DNA of 64,000 nucleotides from Histomonas meleagridis 2922-C6/04-290x (GCA_020184695.1 JAANOX010000052.1:186001-250000), one strand, 5' to 3'. Counted from the first letter of the stretch, positions 11,580-22,989 are shown. The notes: a model not told the origin generated them from the sequence alone. Program-made: numbers and translations.

Positions 11580-12140
11580 ATGACTTTTATTCAGGGAAAA
11601 GTTACTTTGGTTGGTGACGCAGGGGTTGGCAAGACAAGCTTAATCCATAGGTATTTAAATGACTCGAATATGATAACTCCAACTCTAGGTGTTATGACAT
11701 ATAAAGCAACAGTAAAAGTTGAAGGAAAAGAAATTCCTCTGGAAATATGGGATACTGCCGGTCAAGAAAACTACCGTTGTCTTATCCCAATGTATGTTCG
11801 TGGATCTCAAGTAGTCATTATTCTTTTTGATCTTTCAAATGCAGAAAGTTTTAAAAGTGTTGATGGATGGCTTGAATACGTAAATAGCAATGGTACAGTC
11901 GATGACATATTTCTAGTTGGAAACAAATGTGACATCGAAAGGAAAGTTACAGGAATTGAAGCTCTAACATATGCAGAAACGCATAACCTCAAATACATTG
12001 AGGCATCTGCTAGCACAGGACAAAATGTTGATATGATATTTTCAGAAGTAGCAAATGATGTCGGGAATTTACGAGTTTTAAAGACAACACCAATTCCAAA
12101 TCCCCTTACTCAGAACACAGAACGTTCGTCATGCTGTTAA
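11580..12140 (+). CDS. Rab-family small GTPase (lineage-specific)
   Basis: GDAGVGKTS, WDTAGQE, NKCD, EASA and a C-terminal CC. The ATG at 11580 follows an Inr-like TCAC. Confidence 0.92.
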   Translation: MTFIQGKVTLVGDAGVGKTSLIHRYLNDSNMITPTLGVMTYKATVKVEGKEIPLEIWDTAGQENYRCLIPMYVRGSQVVIILFDLSNAESFKSVDGWLEYVNSNGTVDDIFLVGNKCDIERKVTGIEALTYAETHNLKYIEASASTGQNVDMIFSEVANDVGNLRVLKTTPIPNPLTQNTERSSCC

Positions 12141-12611
12141 ATATTTTTGTTACTGTAAAGCAAAAAACATTGTTTATTATCCTTAATCACATTTTCAATG
12201 TATATCTTTTTGTTGAATTACTCTTTAGTTAATTTAATTTATTTATTAGATTAATAAATGTATTTATAGATTATTGGCAATAAATGAGTATATATTGAAG
12301 TAAAAAAACAAACCCGAAAATTAAAATGTTTTTATCGTGAAAGAAATCATCATGCAGGTATAGTCTAAATTTTAAAAGGTGTTATATCATTAAAACAATA
12401 CTTTTGGACTGTTTCCATTTGGAACTTTTCTGTGTAAATTGAATAGTTTATTAATGTAATCCGCCTCAATGATAAATGGAATTAAGGAAGTGAATGCAAA
12501 TTATTATGTTAGTAAGGATCTTAAAAATTCCATGAGCATCATCTAAACAGTCAAATTATATAAAAAACAAATCCATTTATATATAAATTTTATTATAACA
12601 TAATAAATATT

Positions 12612-15600
12612 TCAACCAAAAACATTTTGTATTTCATCTTCTGTCAAATACTGCATTAAGAATGCAATTGCGTCATCTTCGAACAAACAAATATCATTTA
12701 TTGAAGCTGAAGGCGAAATGCCGTAAAAGATCAAAAACTTTTTTAATTCCTTACATTTATTTAGCATATCAATTCTTTCTCTTACTGAATTACATCTCAA
12801 GAACTGCAAAATTTCGTTTATATAATTATCCCAAATCAAATCTTTTTTATATTTTTTTATTATATTTTTCTGATTTTTCAATACAAATTTTCCGATTTTT
12901 ATATTTTCATTAAACTTTAACATTAATCTCAAATTTTTCACATTCATTTTCACATAATTTTCATTATTATTTCTTTTTTTCACCCAAATAATTGGTCTAA
13001 TTCCTTCATTTTTATATGGAAAAGGGCTCAAATTTATAACGAAATATTTGGAATCATTAACTTCAACAGAATTTATATCAATTAAAGGAGGTAAAACGTG
13101 CGGAGTATTGACAAAGAATTCATTTTCATCATTTAAGATGATTCTCAAAGGCAATTTAACACATTTATTATCCGAAACATTTCTAATCTCAATTACTCTT
13201 GGAATCACAGTTAATACAATTAAATGTCTCAAAGATTGAAGATAAAAAGAGTTATCATTAAAAGATCGTGTAATTCTAGGGTATAATGCAATGATTAAAC
13301 AAGCGATATTAAAGTTATTATCATTATTAATAGTATATTTACCTTTCCCTAAATTCAAAATACCGATAGACATACCTAATAATGTATGAAACCCATAAAT
13401 ACATTGAGTTAAATTCGTAGATATTTGACGGCGTCGAATGTAACGGATTAAACGTAATAACTCTAAATGACATGTTCCTGCGATTATTAATGAACATGAA
13501 ATTACACATAATGATAAACATTTTTCGCGATGAATGATCGAACATGACGAAAAATCAAATGGCGATTTTTCTAATAGACTTAAACATTTGATTATTATTA
13601 ATATCCGTTCGTAAGCTTTAATGTTCATTGTACCTGCGAATTTAATACCTATAGCTAATGAGAATCCAGTAATCATAGATGTTAATGCCTCTACATTTAA
13701 ATCATTTGGTATATTAAAATTTAATATATTTAATGAATCAGAATCTATTAATAATGAACTCATGGTACGTAATAATATTATATCAGTGTTCATATTATTA
13801 ATATATTGTGAATCATTTGGTAATTTTAATATGTTTTGAATATATTCATTATTAGTATTTAAATAACTTAATGTTAATAATAATATTATCGATGGTATAA
13901 ATGAATAAAAGTCTATACTTCCAAATGATACTGTTTTATCATTAGAAAAATTAAAGGATTTGTTCTCAAATAATATTCCGCATATTTTTTCTCGGTTCTC
14001 TTTAAGGACATTCGAATTATCTCCTTCGCCTAAACTGACTAAACCTATAGCTATTCCAATCGATAATGTTAATAATGGACTTTCAAATGTTAAATTGGAT
14101 TCAAGCATTCGTATTAATCCTTCCGTAATATTTCGTTGACAAGTTGATTGATATAAAAATCCAATTCCGATAACTGATGATGATTTAATGATTTGATTAA
14201 ATTGATTTTCTTCAGTTAGAAATCGATTTTGTAATTCTGGTACATATAATGTTAATATATTTGATATCGACATATCTTTAGTACTACGATATGTTATACC
14301 TAAACTGATTAATATCGATGATAAATTTAATGGTTTTAAATCATTAATAGTGATTAATTGATAATAATCTGTTTTATATAATTGCTTTAATAAGCCTGTT
14401 AATCCAAACCCAAATATTAATCCTGATATAAATGATTTGTTATCTTCTTTGGTGATGGAATTAATAATCCATGATCGATCAACATTCTTTATAAATATCG
14501 AATATGAAACACCATTATGGAATTCGGGCCATTGTATCATTTCTGGTGAAAAATATTCTTCATTCGGTGTAAGTTTAATCCCATCATTAGTAAACCCGTA
14601 TTTATTCAGTTGGAAATAATCAATGGATTGTGAATCAAATGGTTGAAATGTTTTATAGTTAAAAAATCCTCGTCCAATAGATAACGACCATTGTTTCTCA
14701 AGTAAACTTTTAAGACGATCCATTAGCATTGCTTGATATTCAATATCATCAATATTATTCGGGCGCTCAACTTCGACTGTTAATGATATATTCGATTGTA
14801 ATAATCTTTCAACCTCCAAAAAGCGTAAGTCAGACATTTCATAGTTATTATTATTATCGTTTTCATTCTCAAGACTTGGATTGATTAGATATTCATGAAG
14901 CCTTGCAATATCATCACGACCTATAAGTTTATAAGCTTCAATTGGCCATGTTAAAGGTGGCGATTCAGACACAGTTTCAAAAGCAATTTTTAAAACATTT
15001 GAAATCCCTGGCTGTAAACTATTCAATTCAAAAAGTGTAAGTTTTGAATGCCCTACCAATTCAATTATATTCTGAAAATTGACAATTTTATGAAAATTTG
15101 AGAAAATTTGTGATAACTTTGATGTGTATTTAAATAATTGACTAAAGTCAATCATCGCAGCGCCTGTTAAACATTTACTAATCCAATACATTAAATCAGG
15201 GACATTATTAACAAAAGTACCAATTTCATAATCACTATTTAAATTAAAATTTTCAAGTTCTCTTTCCGAATTTAATATATAATAAAGGATAAATTGTGGT
15301 AAATTTACATGTGATGAAAGTTGTATTAATATTTTTGAAAGAAAATATATTTCACAACGTGTATTCTTTTGTACTCGATATTCTTCATATAAAAGATGTA
15401 AAATATTAATAAATTTCGTAATATTTTCTTCATTTTCATTTTCAATTAATATGTCTATAAAATGTGTCGAAAATGTTTCAATTGTCGAAAGTGAATCTGA
15501 ATTAGAAAGTGATAACAAAATTGTTGAATAGGAATTCGGATCAAGTGCTAAATGCATTACTTTAAGAATTGATATAATTAATGATTCAAAAGATATATCA

Positions 15601-16739
15601 AAATAAAAAGTTATTGGCTCTGAATCATTAAAAAAAATTATAAATTGTCTTCCAAATTTTTGAATATTGTCAACATTTGAAAATGGCAAATGAATAATTG
15701 GCTTCTCTTCTTCATAAAGAACTAAGGTACAGTCAGTATGTACAACAAAAAACATTAAATCTTGATAGCGACAGATTTTTTCAACATTTTCAATGGTGAA
15801 TAGAACGTTTTCCGATTCAAAATAACTGATGTCGAAAACCGTTAATTTGTGATCGTTAAGCAAAAGAAGAATTTTTTTACCATTTGATGAGATGTCAAGA
15901 AAAAAAGATTCATGGGTTGTGCTTTCAAACTCATAAACAAGTTCCATATGTAAGTCAGGTGGAATACCTTCAAGTGTGGATTTGATTTCTTTTCGTGCAG
16001 TTGGTGAATCTATTATATTTTTAGGAAGAGGTGGTGAAAATATGGATGGTGAACGAATAAAATATGGTGATGAAAAGAGAAGTTCTCTGCTTTGATTAGG
16101 TTCTGTTAATTTCCAGATAGTGATCGATTGTTCAGAAGATGCAAGAAGATATCCTCTCTCATCAGAAACTTGCAGTGGAACAAAGCTAAAATCTGTGATG
16201 TATGATAAATTTTTTTCGTCGTCATCAAACATATCATTAAAAGAAGATTTTTTGCTAGGAGAAGTAATAGTTGTGTATTTGGGAACAGAAACTGATACAT
16301 CCGGAGGTTTAAAGGCAACAGGACGAATTTCTTCTAAAGGATGAAATAATGTAAATAAAATTGGAAAATCCAAATACTGTGACATAGATGATTCAGGTGA
16401 CCTAAGTAATAGAAGTGATTTGTGGAGTGGAAATATTTTTGCAATTTGAAATGGAAGAGGAATTAAAAATTGTTCTCCTGAAATATTAAATAAAATTAAG
16501 CCGCTCTTGTGAAGCACGGCCAAGAATTGGTCATTACCAATCACACATAAGGTTGCATCGATTACTTCGTTTGAAACTGTTAAATGATGAAGAAGACAGC
16601 GATGCTTTGACCATATCAATTGATTATTGAACCATAATAACTCAAAACCATCACTGTTAACTTTGTAATGATGTTTGTGTGTTGGGTCTGGTAATTTATT
16701 GATTCCAAATGGGGAATAAGCCCCAACATTTCGAATCAT
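12612..16739 (-). CDS. APC1: Anaphase-promoting complex subunit 1
   Basis: 1375 aa with WPEFHNGV, PC-repeat region and FYLQSLRHLIVL, all APC1 hallmarks. Confidence 0.9.
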   Translation of the reverse strand: MIRNVGAYSPFGINKLPDPTHKHHYKVNSDGFELLWFNNQLIWSKHRCLLHHLTVSNEVIDATLCVIGNDQFLAVLHKSGLILFNISGEQFLIPLPFQIAKIFPLHKSLLLLRSPESSMSQYLDFPILFTLFHPLEEIRPVAFKPPDVSVSVPKYTTITSPSKKSSFNDMFDDDEKNLSYITDFSFVPLQVSDERGYLLASSEQSITIWKLTEPNQSRELLFSSPYFIRSPSIFSPPLPKNIIDSPTARKEIKSTLEGIPPDLHMELVYEFESTTHESFFLDISSNGKKILLLLNDHKLTVFDISYFESENVLFTIENVEKICRYQDLMFFVVHTDCTLVLYEEEKPIIHLPFSNVDNIQKFGRQFIIFFNDSEPITFYFDISFESLIISILKVMHLALDPNSYSTILLSLSNSDSLSTIETFSTHFIDILIENENEENITKFINILHLLYEEYRVQKNTRCEIYFLSKILIQLSSHVNLPQFILYYILNSERELENFNLNSDYEIGTFVNNVPDLMYWISKCLTGAAMIDFSQLFKYTSKLSQIFSNFHKIVNFQNIIELVGHSKLTLFELNSLQPGISNVLKIAFETVSESPPLTWPIEAYKLIGRDDIARLHEYLINPSLENENDNNNNYEMSDLRFLEVERLLQSNISLTVEVERPNNIDDIEYQAMLMDRLKSLLEKQWSLSIGRGFFNYKTFQPFDSQSIDYFQLNKYGFTNDGIKLTPNEEYFSPEMIQWPEFHNGVSYSIFIKNVDRSWIINSITKEDNKSFISGLIFGFGLTGLLKQLYKTDYYQLITINDLKPLNLSSILISLGITYRSTKDMSISNILTLYVPELQNRFLTEENQFNQIIKSSSVIGIGFLYQSTCQRNITEGLIRMLESNLTFESPLLTLSIGIAIGLVSLGEGDNSNVLKENREKICGILFENKSFNFSNDKTVSFGSIDFYSFIPSIILLLTLSYLNTNNEYIQNILKLPNDSQYINNMNTDIILLRTMSSLLIDSDSLNILNFNIPNDLNVEALTSMITGFSLAIGIKFAGTMNIKAYERILIIIKCLSLLEKSPFDFSSCSIIHREKCLSLCVISCSLIIAGTCHLELLRLIRYIRRRQISTNLTQCIYGFHTLLGMSIGILNLGKGKYTINNDNNFNIACLIIALYPRITRSFNDNSFYLQSLRHLIVLTVIPRVIEIRNVSDNKCVKLPLRIILNDENEFFVNTPHVLPPLIDINSVEVNDSKYFVINLSPFPYKNEGIRPIIWVKKRNNNENYVKMNVKNLRLMLKFNENIKIGKFVLKNQKNIIKKYKKDLIWDNYINEILQFLRCNSVRERIDMLNKCKELKKFLIFYGISPSASINDICLFEDDAIAFLMQYLTEDEIQNVFG

Positions 16740-16800
16740 TACCAGTTAAGGATCGAATTTTTAAACGGTCGCTGGTTTCGAAACATTGTTTTTAATGAAA

Positions 16801-17050
16801 TATTTTTAAATATGTCAAAAAAAATTGTGAATTTTAAATTATGCCATAATGACCAAACTGAACAACGTAAATTAACGGTCATTCTATGAACAAAAGATTC
16901 ACAATTATTTGATGGGTTTCTTGATTTTTTATTTTTAGAACTCTATCATAGAGGCCTTCTATGGGAGGTTGACATTTTTTTCCAATTTATTACTCATGTT
17001 TCATCAAACAATGAAGTAAAACTTTTTGATTGTTTATTTTTTGAATGGAT
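16801..17050 (+). repeat. ~240-bp dispersed element upstream of ankyrin gene 3
   Basis: Homologous to 9905-10140 (inverted) and to the split copy at 3330-3425 plus 4284-4350. Confidence 0.9.
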
Positions 17051-19804
17051 GCCGTTTACTTGCCCTTGTGAAGAATTGAACTGGTTCATTTTTCCACATG
17101 AAATCAAAGGAACATTGCGACTGGGAAACACTTCTATTAATAAACCAAGCAATTTTTATTTTGAATGAAGAAAATTTCTCTCAATCTTTAAGTTTCATAA
17201 TCAGGAAATTTGATAAAATTCATCCTTTATCTTATGATTTAATCATTATTCAAATGACATATTATTCCTTTGTAATTAAAAATAATAATGTTGAATTATT
17301 TTTGAATATTATAAAAGAAATAAGAACATTTGAAGAGAGTAATAAAATCAAATCTAATATATTTGATATATTTGGGCGATTTCTTAATAATAAAAATTCA
17401 AATGAATCATCTTATCTTCTTGAAGCTATGATTGAACATAACTTTTCTTGAGACCAAACATTGTCAAATATAGTCATAGTGCTTATTTTGCACATTATAT
17501 GTCTAAATATCAATTAACATGTTTAAGGGAACATGATTTTATTGTAAATTATGAAGAACTTTCAAAAAATGATTGGAAACTTCATAAGAAATATGTTAAA
17601 GAAGGACATAATCCGAATGAAATTGCGAAAATCATTCGAAAAGATGAAATGGAAAAACTTCAAGAAATATCATCACAAACAAATTTTGATTATAATCAAA
17701 CAATTAAACCATCACTTTATGAAAGCTGTGATTTTATTAATAATAAAACAGTATCATTAATTGATTATGCAGCATTCTTTGGATCTATTAAATGTTTTAA
17801 ATATTTACTTATGAATAATGCAAACGTAAATAATACAGGTAAATATGCGATTGTAGGTGGAAATGAAGAAATCATTCATTTATGTGAACAAAATCATTCA
17901 TCATTTGAATATGCATATGAAACAGCAATTATGTTTCATCGAAATGATATCTTTAAATATTTTTATGAGAATAAATTAAAAGAAATTAAGAATTTAGAAG
18001 AATTAGGGAAAAAATGTATTGTATATCATAATTATGAACTTTTTATCATATTTACAAGAAAATGACATGAAAATTAATGACAATATTATTAATGAAGCTG
18101 TATTAACAGGAAATTTATTTCTTACCGAATATTTTCTTAAATTCAACCAAATCCCAAAAAATATTTTAGTATTTTCAATGGAATCTGGAAATGTTGAACT
18201 TATCAAAACCATTATAGAAAAAGAAGGAATTAATATTAATATTAATGCTAAAGATAAAATAAATTTAAATAATTTGATATTTCAAAATAATATTTGGAAA
18301 TAATTTAAAATATTTAATACAGCACTTATGTTGGCATCTAAAAATGGTTATACAGAAATAGTTAAATTACTTCTTGAACAAGAAGGAATTGATATTAATG
18401 CTAAAGATAAAATAAATTTAAATAATTTGAAATTTCAAAATAATATATGGAAATAATTTAAAATATTTTACACAGCACTTACTTGGGCATCTAAAAATGG
18501 TTATACAGAAATAGTTAAAATACTTCTTGAACAAGAAGGAATTGATATTAATGCTAAAAATATTTATTTGTTTTATTTTGGATTTATTTTAATAATTTAT
18601 TATTTCAAAATAATATTTGAAAATTATTTAAATTATTTTACACAGCACTTATTAGAGCATCTTTAAAAGGTCATACAGAAATAGTTAAAATACTTCTTGA
18701 ACAAGAAGGAATTGATATTAATGCTAAAAATATTTATTCGTTTTATTTTGGATTTATTTTAATAATTTAATATTTCAAAATAATATTTGGAAATTATTTA
18801 AATTATTTTATGCAGCACTTATGAGTGCATCTGAAAAAGGTTATACAGAAATAGTTAAAATACTTCTTGAACAAGAAGGAATTGATATTAATGCTAAAGA
18901 TAATATTTATTTTAATAATTTGGCATTTTAAAATAATATTTGGAAATTATTTAAATTATTTAGAACAGCACTTATTGATGCATCTTCATATGGTCATTCA
19001 GAAATAGTTAAATTACTTCTTGAACAAGAAGGAATTGATATTAATGCTAAAGATAATATTTATTTTAATAATTTGGCATTTTAAAATAATATTTGGAAAT
19101 TATTTAAATTATTTAGAACAGCACTTATTGATGCATCTTCATATGGTCATTCAGAAATAGTTAAATTACTTCTTGAACAAGAAGGAATTGATATTAATGC
19201 TAAAGATAAAATAAATTTAAATAATTTGAAATTTCAAAATAATATATGGAAATAATTTAAAATATTTTACACAGCACTTACTTGGGCATCTAAAAATGGT
19301 TATACAGAAATAGTTAAAATACTTCTTGAACAAGAAGGAATTGATAGTGATACTGGAAATTCATATAAATAAATTGAATAACGATCTAAATTTATATGTG
19401 CATATTATTATTATTTAATAATAATAAAAAATTCTGAAGAAATATTTTATTCATGAATAATTAAATATAAAAATATGATTAACAACAAATATTTTATCCA
19501 AGAAGATTATCAAGCCATTCATCAAGACTTTTTCTTGTTTTATTTCTTCTTGTTGAGTGTTTATTTCTTGTGTTTGTTTTTGACGTTGAAAAAAAGATTG
19601 ATTAATTTCTGATTCAAGTGTTGGAACAGGAACTAAAAAAACCATTTGAAAGTTGATCTTCGAGATGAAAGTTCTCGAAGAACTTCTGAAAAATCTTGGT
19701 TAAGTTCGTCCATCGTTTCAACTATTTCTTTGGTAAATAGTAATTGGCGTGTACAATTAGAAATCGTTGAATGAAGTAATTCTAAGTTTCTATTATTTGT
19801 GTCT
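16995..19804 (+). repeat. Inverted segmental duplication of 1-3425
   Basis: Near-identical in the promoter, N-terminal coding region, last repeat and 3' neighbour gene. The internal repeat arrays differ. Confidence 0.93.
17098..19372 (+). CDS. DUF3447-type ankyrin-repeat gene 3 with 7 interrupted repeats (paralog of gene 1)
   Basis: ORFs 17098-17451, 17448-18065 and 18019-18303. TAL/AAL codons at 18319, 18472, 18642, 18812, 18966, 19118 and 19271. Ends IDSDTGNSYK* at 19370-19372. Confidence 0.85.
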
Positions 19805-19941
19805 TGTTCAAAACGCCAAGCATTTGTTTCAGGTTGAAAACTTCGTTGATTTTGTTGATTTCTCCTTTGTGAGTATCCGTGATGATTTGCTTGATTACTT
19901 TTCTTTTTAAATCCTTTTTTATTATGATCAATATTTCCCAT
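19494..19941 (-). CDS. Second copy of the Aven-like small protein (frameshifted here)
   Basis: The N-terminus is in ORF 19633-19941. The remainder matches 1-307 with small indels. Confidence 0.55.
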
Positions 19942-19996
19942 TGTTTGTTTGTTGGGGTGCCCTGATCACAACGTTTAATAAATAATTTCAAAAATT

Positions 19997-21289
19997 ATGA
20001 AACGACCAAAATATGAAACACTTGGAAATCATCTTAATTGGTTATTAAAAGCTAATATGTTACAAGAATCAGTTCGCGAAATTGAAGAATATTTTAACGA
20101 CCCAGATGTTTTTGAGTGGGATTTTCATTTTCAAGAAGTTGTTGATATTTCATTAAAAATCTCTATTAAAAGTCTTAAAGTATTTCCGAAATTATTCAGT
20201 AAAATGATTCAATTATCGACAAGTCAAGAAAAAGATCTTGTTCCAAAACTTTTTCTAGAACATGTTCAAAATTGTCGAATGCGTATTTCAGATGATCAAA
20301 TTGTTCTTGGTGAAAGTAAGAAGCTCATTAAAATTTCAATTCCTTATAAATATTATGAAGAACATTTTTTAACGCCATCAATTAATTATCTTATTTGTAC
20401 TGTTGAAAGTATATTAACTATACTTCAAGAATATAAAGAATATATTGTATTTTATTATCAACTTTTAAATTTAAGTTATGATATTGCGTTAGAATATTCA
20501 TCATCTAAATTCCTTGAAGTACTTAATTCAAAACTTGAAAAATCGCTTGAAATATTTGATATTAATATTCAAACAGAATTATTAATGATTGATACACTTT
20601 TTAAAAGTTATTCCACTAATAAAGAATTTTTATATTTTGAAGAATCAAAAAAATATTTGGGTGAATTAAGCGTATTTTTATCGACATTCACATCGCCACT
20701 TGAAAAACATGAAGAATTTCTAATTGAGAAAATATATCTTCAAGAACTTCTTTCAGAACTTTATGAACTTTGTAAAACGCTGAACGAACTTTACTCTTTT
20801 TATGATACGTCACCAATTACGTCGTCCATTCCGAAACAATATTTACAAGAACTTTCGCTTATTTCAATTCTTTCATCACCAATTATCAATGACAATAACA
20901 AAGATAAAGACAAAGAACGAAAAGAAATTATATTTAAACTTTTATTAAATGTTCGTCATAATTCATTACGTCGACTTGCGATATCAATGGAAAAACACAA
21001 TGACATGCAAGAAATTTGCGAAACGTTTCAAATATTTTCTAACGAATTCGAAATCAAGAAAGTTACGCCAAAGTTATATCAAGAACTTCAACATAATGCA
21101 GCACAACGAGCATTGCAATCAATAATTCATAATGACACTAAAATTAATATGAAAATCGATGAAATTTTAGGAATTATTCAATGGATTAATGAAAATGAAT
21201 TAAATTCTCTTTTAATTGAAGGAAACGAAAATAATTTATATAAATGTAAAATTGATATGATACATAACACAATAAATGTTTTGGAATAA
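19997..21289 (+). CDS. Hypothetical helical protein, 430 aa
   Basis: Long ORF with normal codon usage and no recognised motif. Confidence 0.7.
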   Translation: MKRPKYETLGNHLNWLLKANMLQESVREIEEYFNDPDVFEWDFHFQEVVDISLKISIKSLKVFPKLFSKMIQLSTSQEKDLVPKLFLEHVQNCRMRISDDQIVLGESKKLIKISIPYKYYEEHFLTPSINYLICTVESILTILQEYKEYIVFYYQLLNLSYDIALEYSSSKFLEVLNSKLEKSLEIFDINIQTELLMIDTLFKSYSTNKEFLYFEESKKYLGELSVFLSTFTSPLEKHEEFLIEKIYLQELLSELYELCKTLNELYSFYDTSPITSSIPKQYLQELSLISILSSPIINDNNKDKDKERKEIIFKLLLNVRHNSLRRLAISMEKHNDMQEICETFQIFSNEFEIKKVTPKLYQELQHNAAQRALQSIIHNDTKINMKIDEILGIIQWINENELNSLLIEGNENNLYKCKIDMIHNTINVLE

Positions 21290-21723
21290 AAAATATATTT
21301 TTATTTTTAATTTTTTATTTTCATAAATAAAAAAAAATCAAAACAAAACAAAACAATTTTTTTTGTAATTTAATTTTTCATATTTTAACTATGTTTGTTA
21401 TGTCAAATTTTAATTCAAGTTCATTTGCTACTTTTATGATTTGAAACAGCACTCTCAATTGCAACCAATAAGAAATATACTGAAGTAATTAATTTAATTA
21501 CATTTAGCTCCTTATTAATAAAAAATGCTAAGCTACAATTTATCAAAATTTAGATGATGTATAATTTTTGCACTAAAAAATACATTTTTTAAATATTAGA
21601 AACAAATAAACAAAAAATTTTATTAGATCTAACAAATCTATACATCCTAAATTATATGCAGAATTATTTACACTTTGTAGTGTATGACAGTTATGTATTT
21701 GATACGAAGCATGTTATTGTTAT

Positions 21724-22236
21724 TTAAAATTGCAAAAGGATAATATTCAAGATAAAGAAAAGAAGAGGAAGTATAAAGAATATCAATAAATGTACATTTC
21801 GATTTGGTCTGTTGTTTGGAGGATTTGGTTGGTTTGGCATTCTCATTTGATTTAGATTGTTCATGAAATTTATATTGCCGTTTCCAAAATTTCCGCCAAA
21901 AGCAAACCCAAAACCAAATGGTAGAAACCCAAACTGAAATTGACCGAAATTCCCACCATTTCCAAAGCGTGGTTGCTCTTTGGGAGGAATTCTTTGAGCT
22001 TTTGGTGGAGGAGGTGCATTTTCTGTTGATTCATTTGTTTGACCGTATATAGGAACAAGCTTCTCTTTGTCTAAGTCCTTGTGGCATACGGGACATTTTG
22101 AATAATTTTCTAAATGTTTGCAAATGCAAGGCCAACAAAAAATATGCCCACACTCTGAAACAACAGGTGTATGTAAAGGTTTTTCACATATTGTACAAAT
22201 CCAGTTTTTATGTTCTGGTTGTTCAGTTTCGCTCAT
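21724..22236 (-). CDS. C3HC4 RING E3 ligase with C-terminal membrane anchor (RNF5/RNF185/RMA1-like)
   Basis: CTIC..CGHIFCWPC..CPVC..KLVPIYG and a hydrophobic tail. Likely start MSETEQ at 22236. Confidence 0.85.
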   Translation of the reverse strand: MSETEQPEHKNWICTICEKPLHTPVVSECGHIFCWPCICKHLENYSKCPVCHKDLDKEKLVPIYGQTNESTENAPPPPKAQRIPPKEQPRFGNGGNFGQFQFGFLPFGFGFAFGGNFGNGNINFMNNLNQMRMPNQPNPPNNRPNRNVHLLIFFILPLLFFILNIILLQF

Positions 22237-22989
22237 TTTGTATTTGGCCAAAAAAACTTTTGAAATTATTATAAACTTCTCAATAAGATAAACGTTTAAA
22301 ATATGTAAAGAAGAAAGAAAAAAGGAAGAATTGATAATTTCCATATTTTTCTTGGCTATATTGAAGTTAATAACTGAAAGCAAGTTTGTTATTCAATTTA
22401 ATGCCTTTTGTAAAAATTGTTGCTACAAAACATAATTTTTTGTATTCATTGATAAAAATTTTCTTCTGTTAAAAATTCTTTTATATATTTATTACAGCTT
22501 TATTTTTCGACTACAACTAGAAATTTTATTATTTTTTGAAAAGGAAATATGTTGCAACTGAACGCCAAAGAAAAAATTGTTAGTTTTTTCTAAACAAACC
22601 TAAGTCAAATTTAGGGGTACCCGATGTACAAAAAGTGATATGATAAATTTTATCATTTTTGAAAAGAAAATATTATCATTTTGTGTTAATAAAATGCTAA
22701 TTTCCCAATCAACCTTTCATAATTCAAACCGCTCCACATTGTATCTTTATATTTAGAGTAAAATGTATCAATATCAAAAAATAATTAATTTTTAGAAGTG
22801 AAATTCTTTTCAATGATATCAATCCTAAGTCCTTGTAATAAATATATCTATATTAACATTATGATAAAAATTTGATAGCCTTTAAAAATATTATTGAATC
22901 TATTTTTTTAAAAAAAATTAAGATTCAACATTTTCATTCCGAAAAAAATACTAGCTAGTTCCAAATTTTGGTAGTTCCAAAATCAAATT

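Noticed and set aside
18256-18480. Canonical GT-AG or U12 AT-AC splicing of the ankyrin inserts
   Set aside because: The 63-nt inserts have no GT, and there is no ACTAAC branch site or ATATCC 5' site. The ACAG is not invariant. Using upstream exonic GTs would delete the conserved ankyrin helix or shift the frame.
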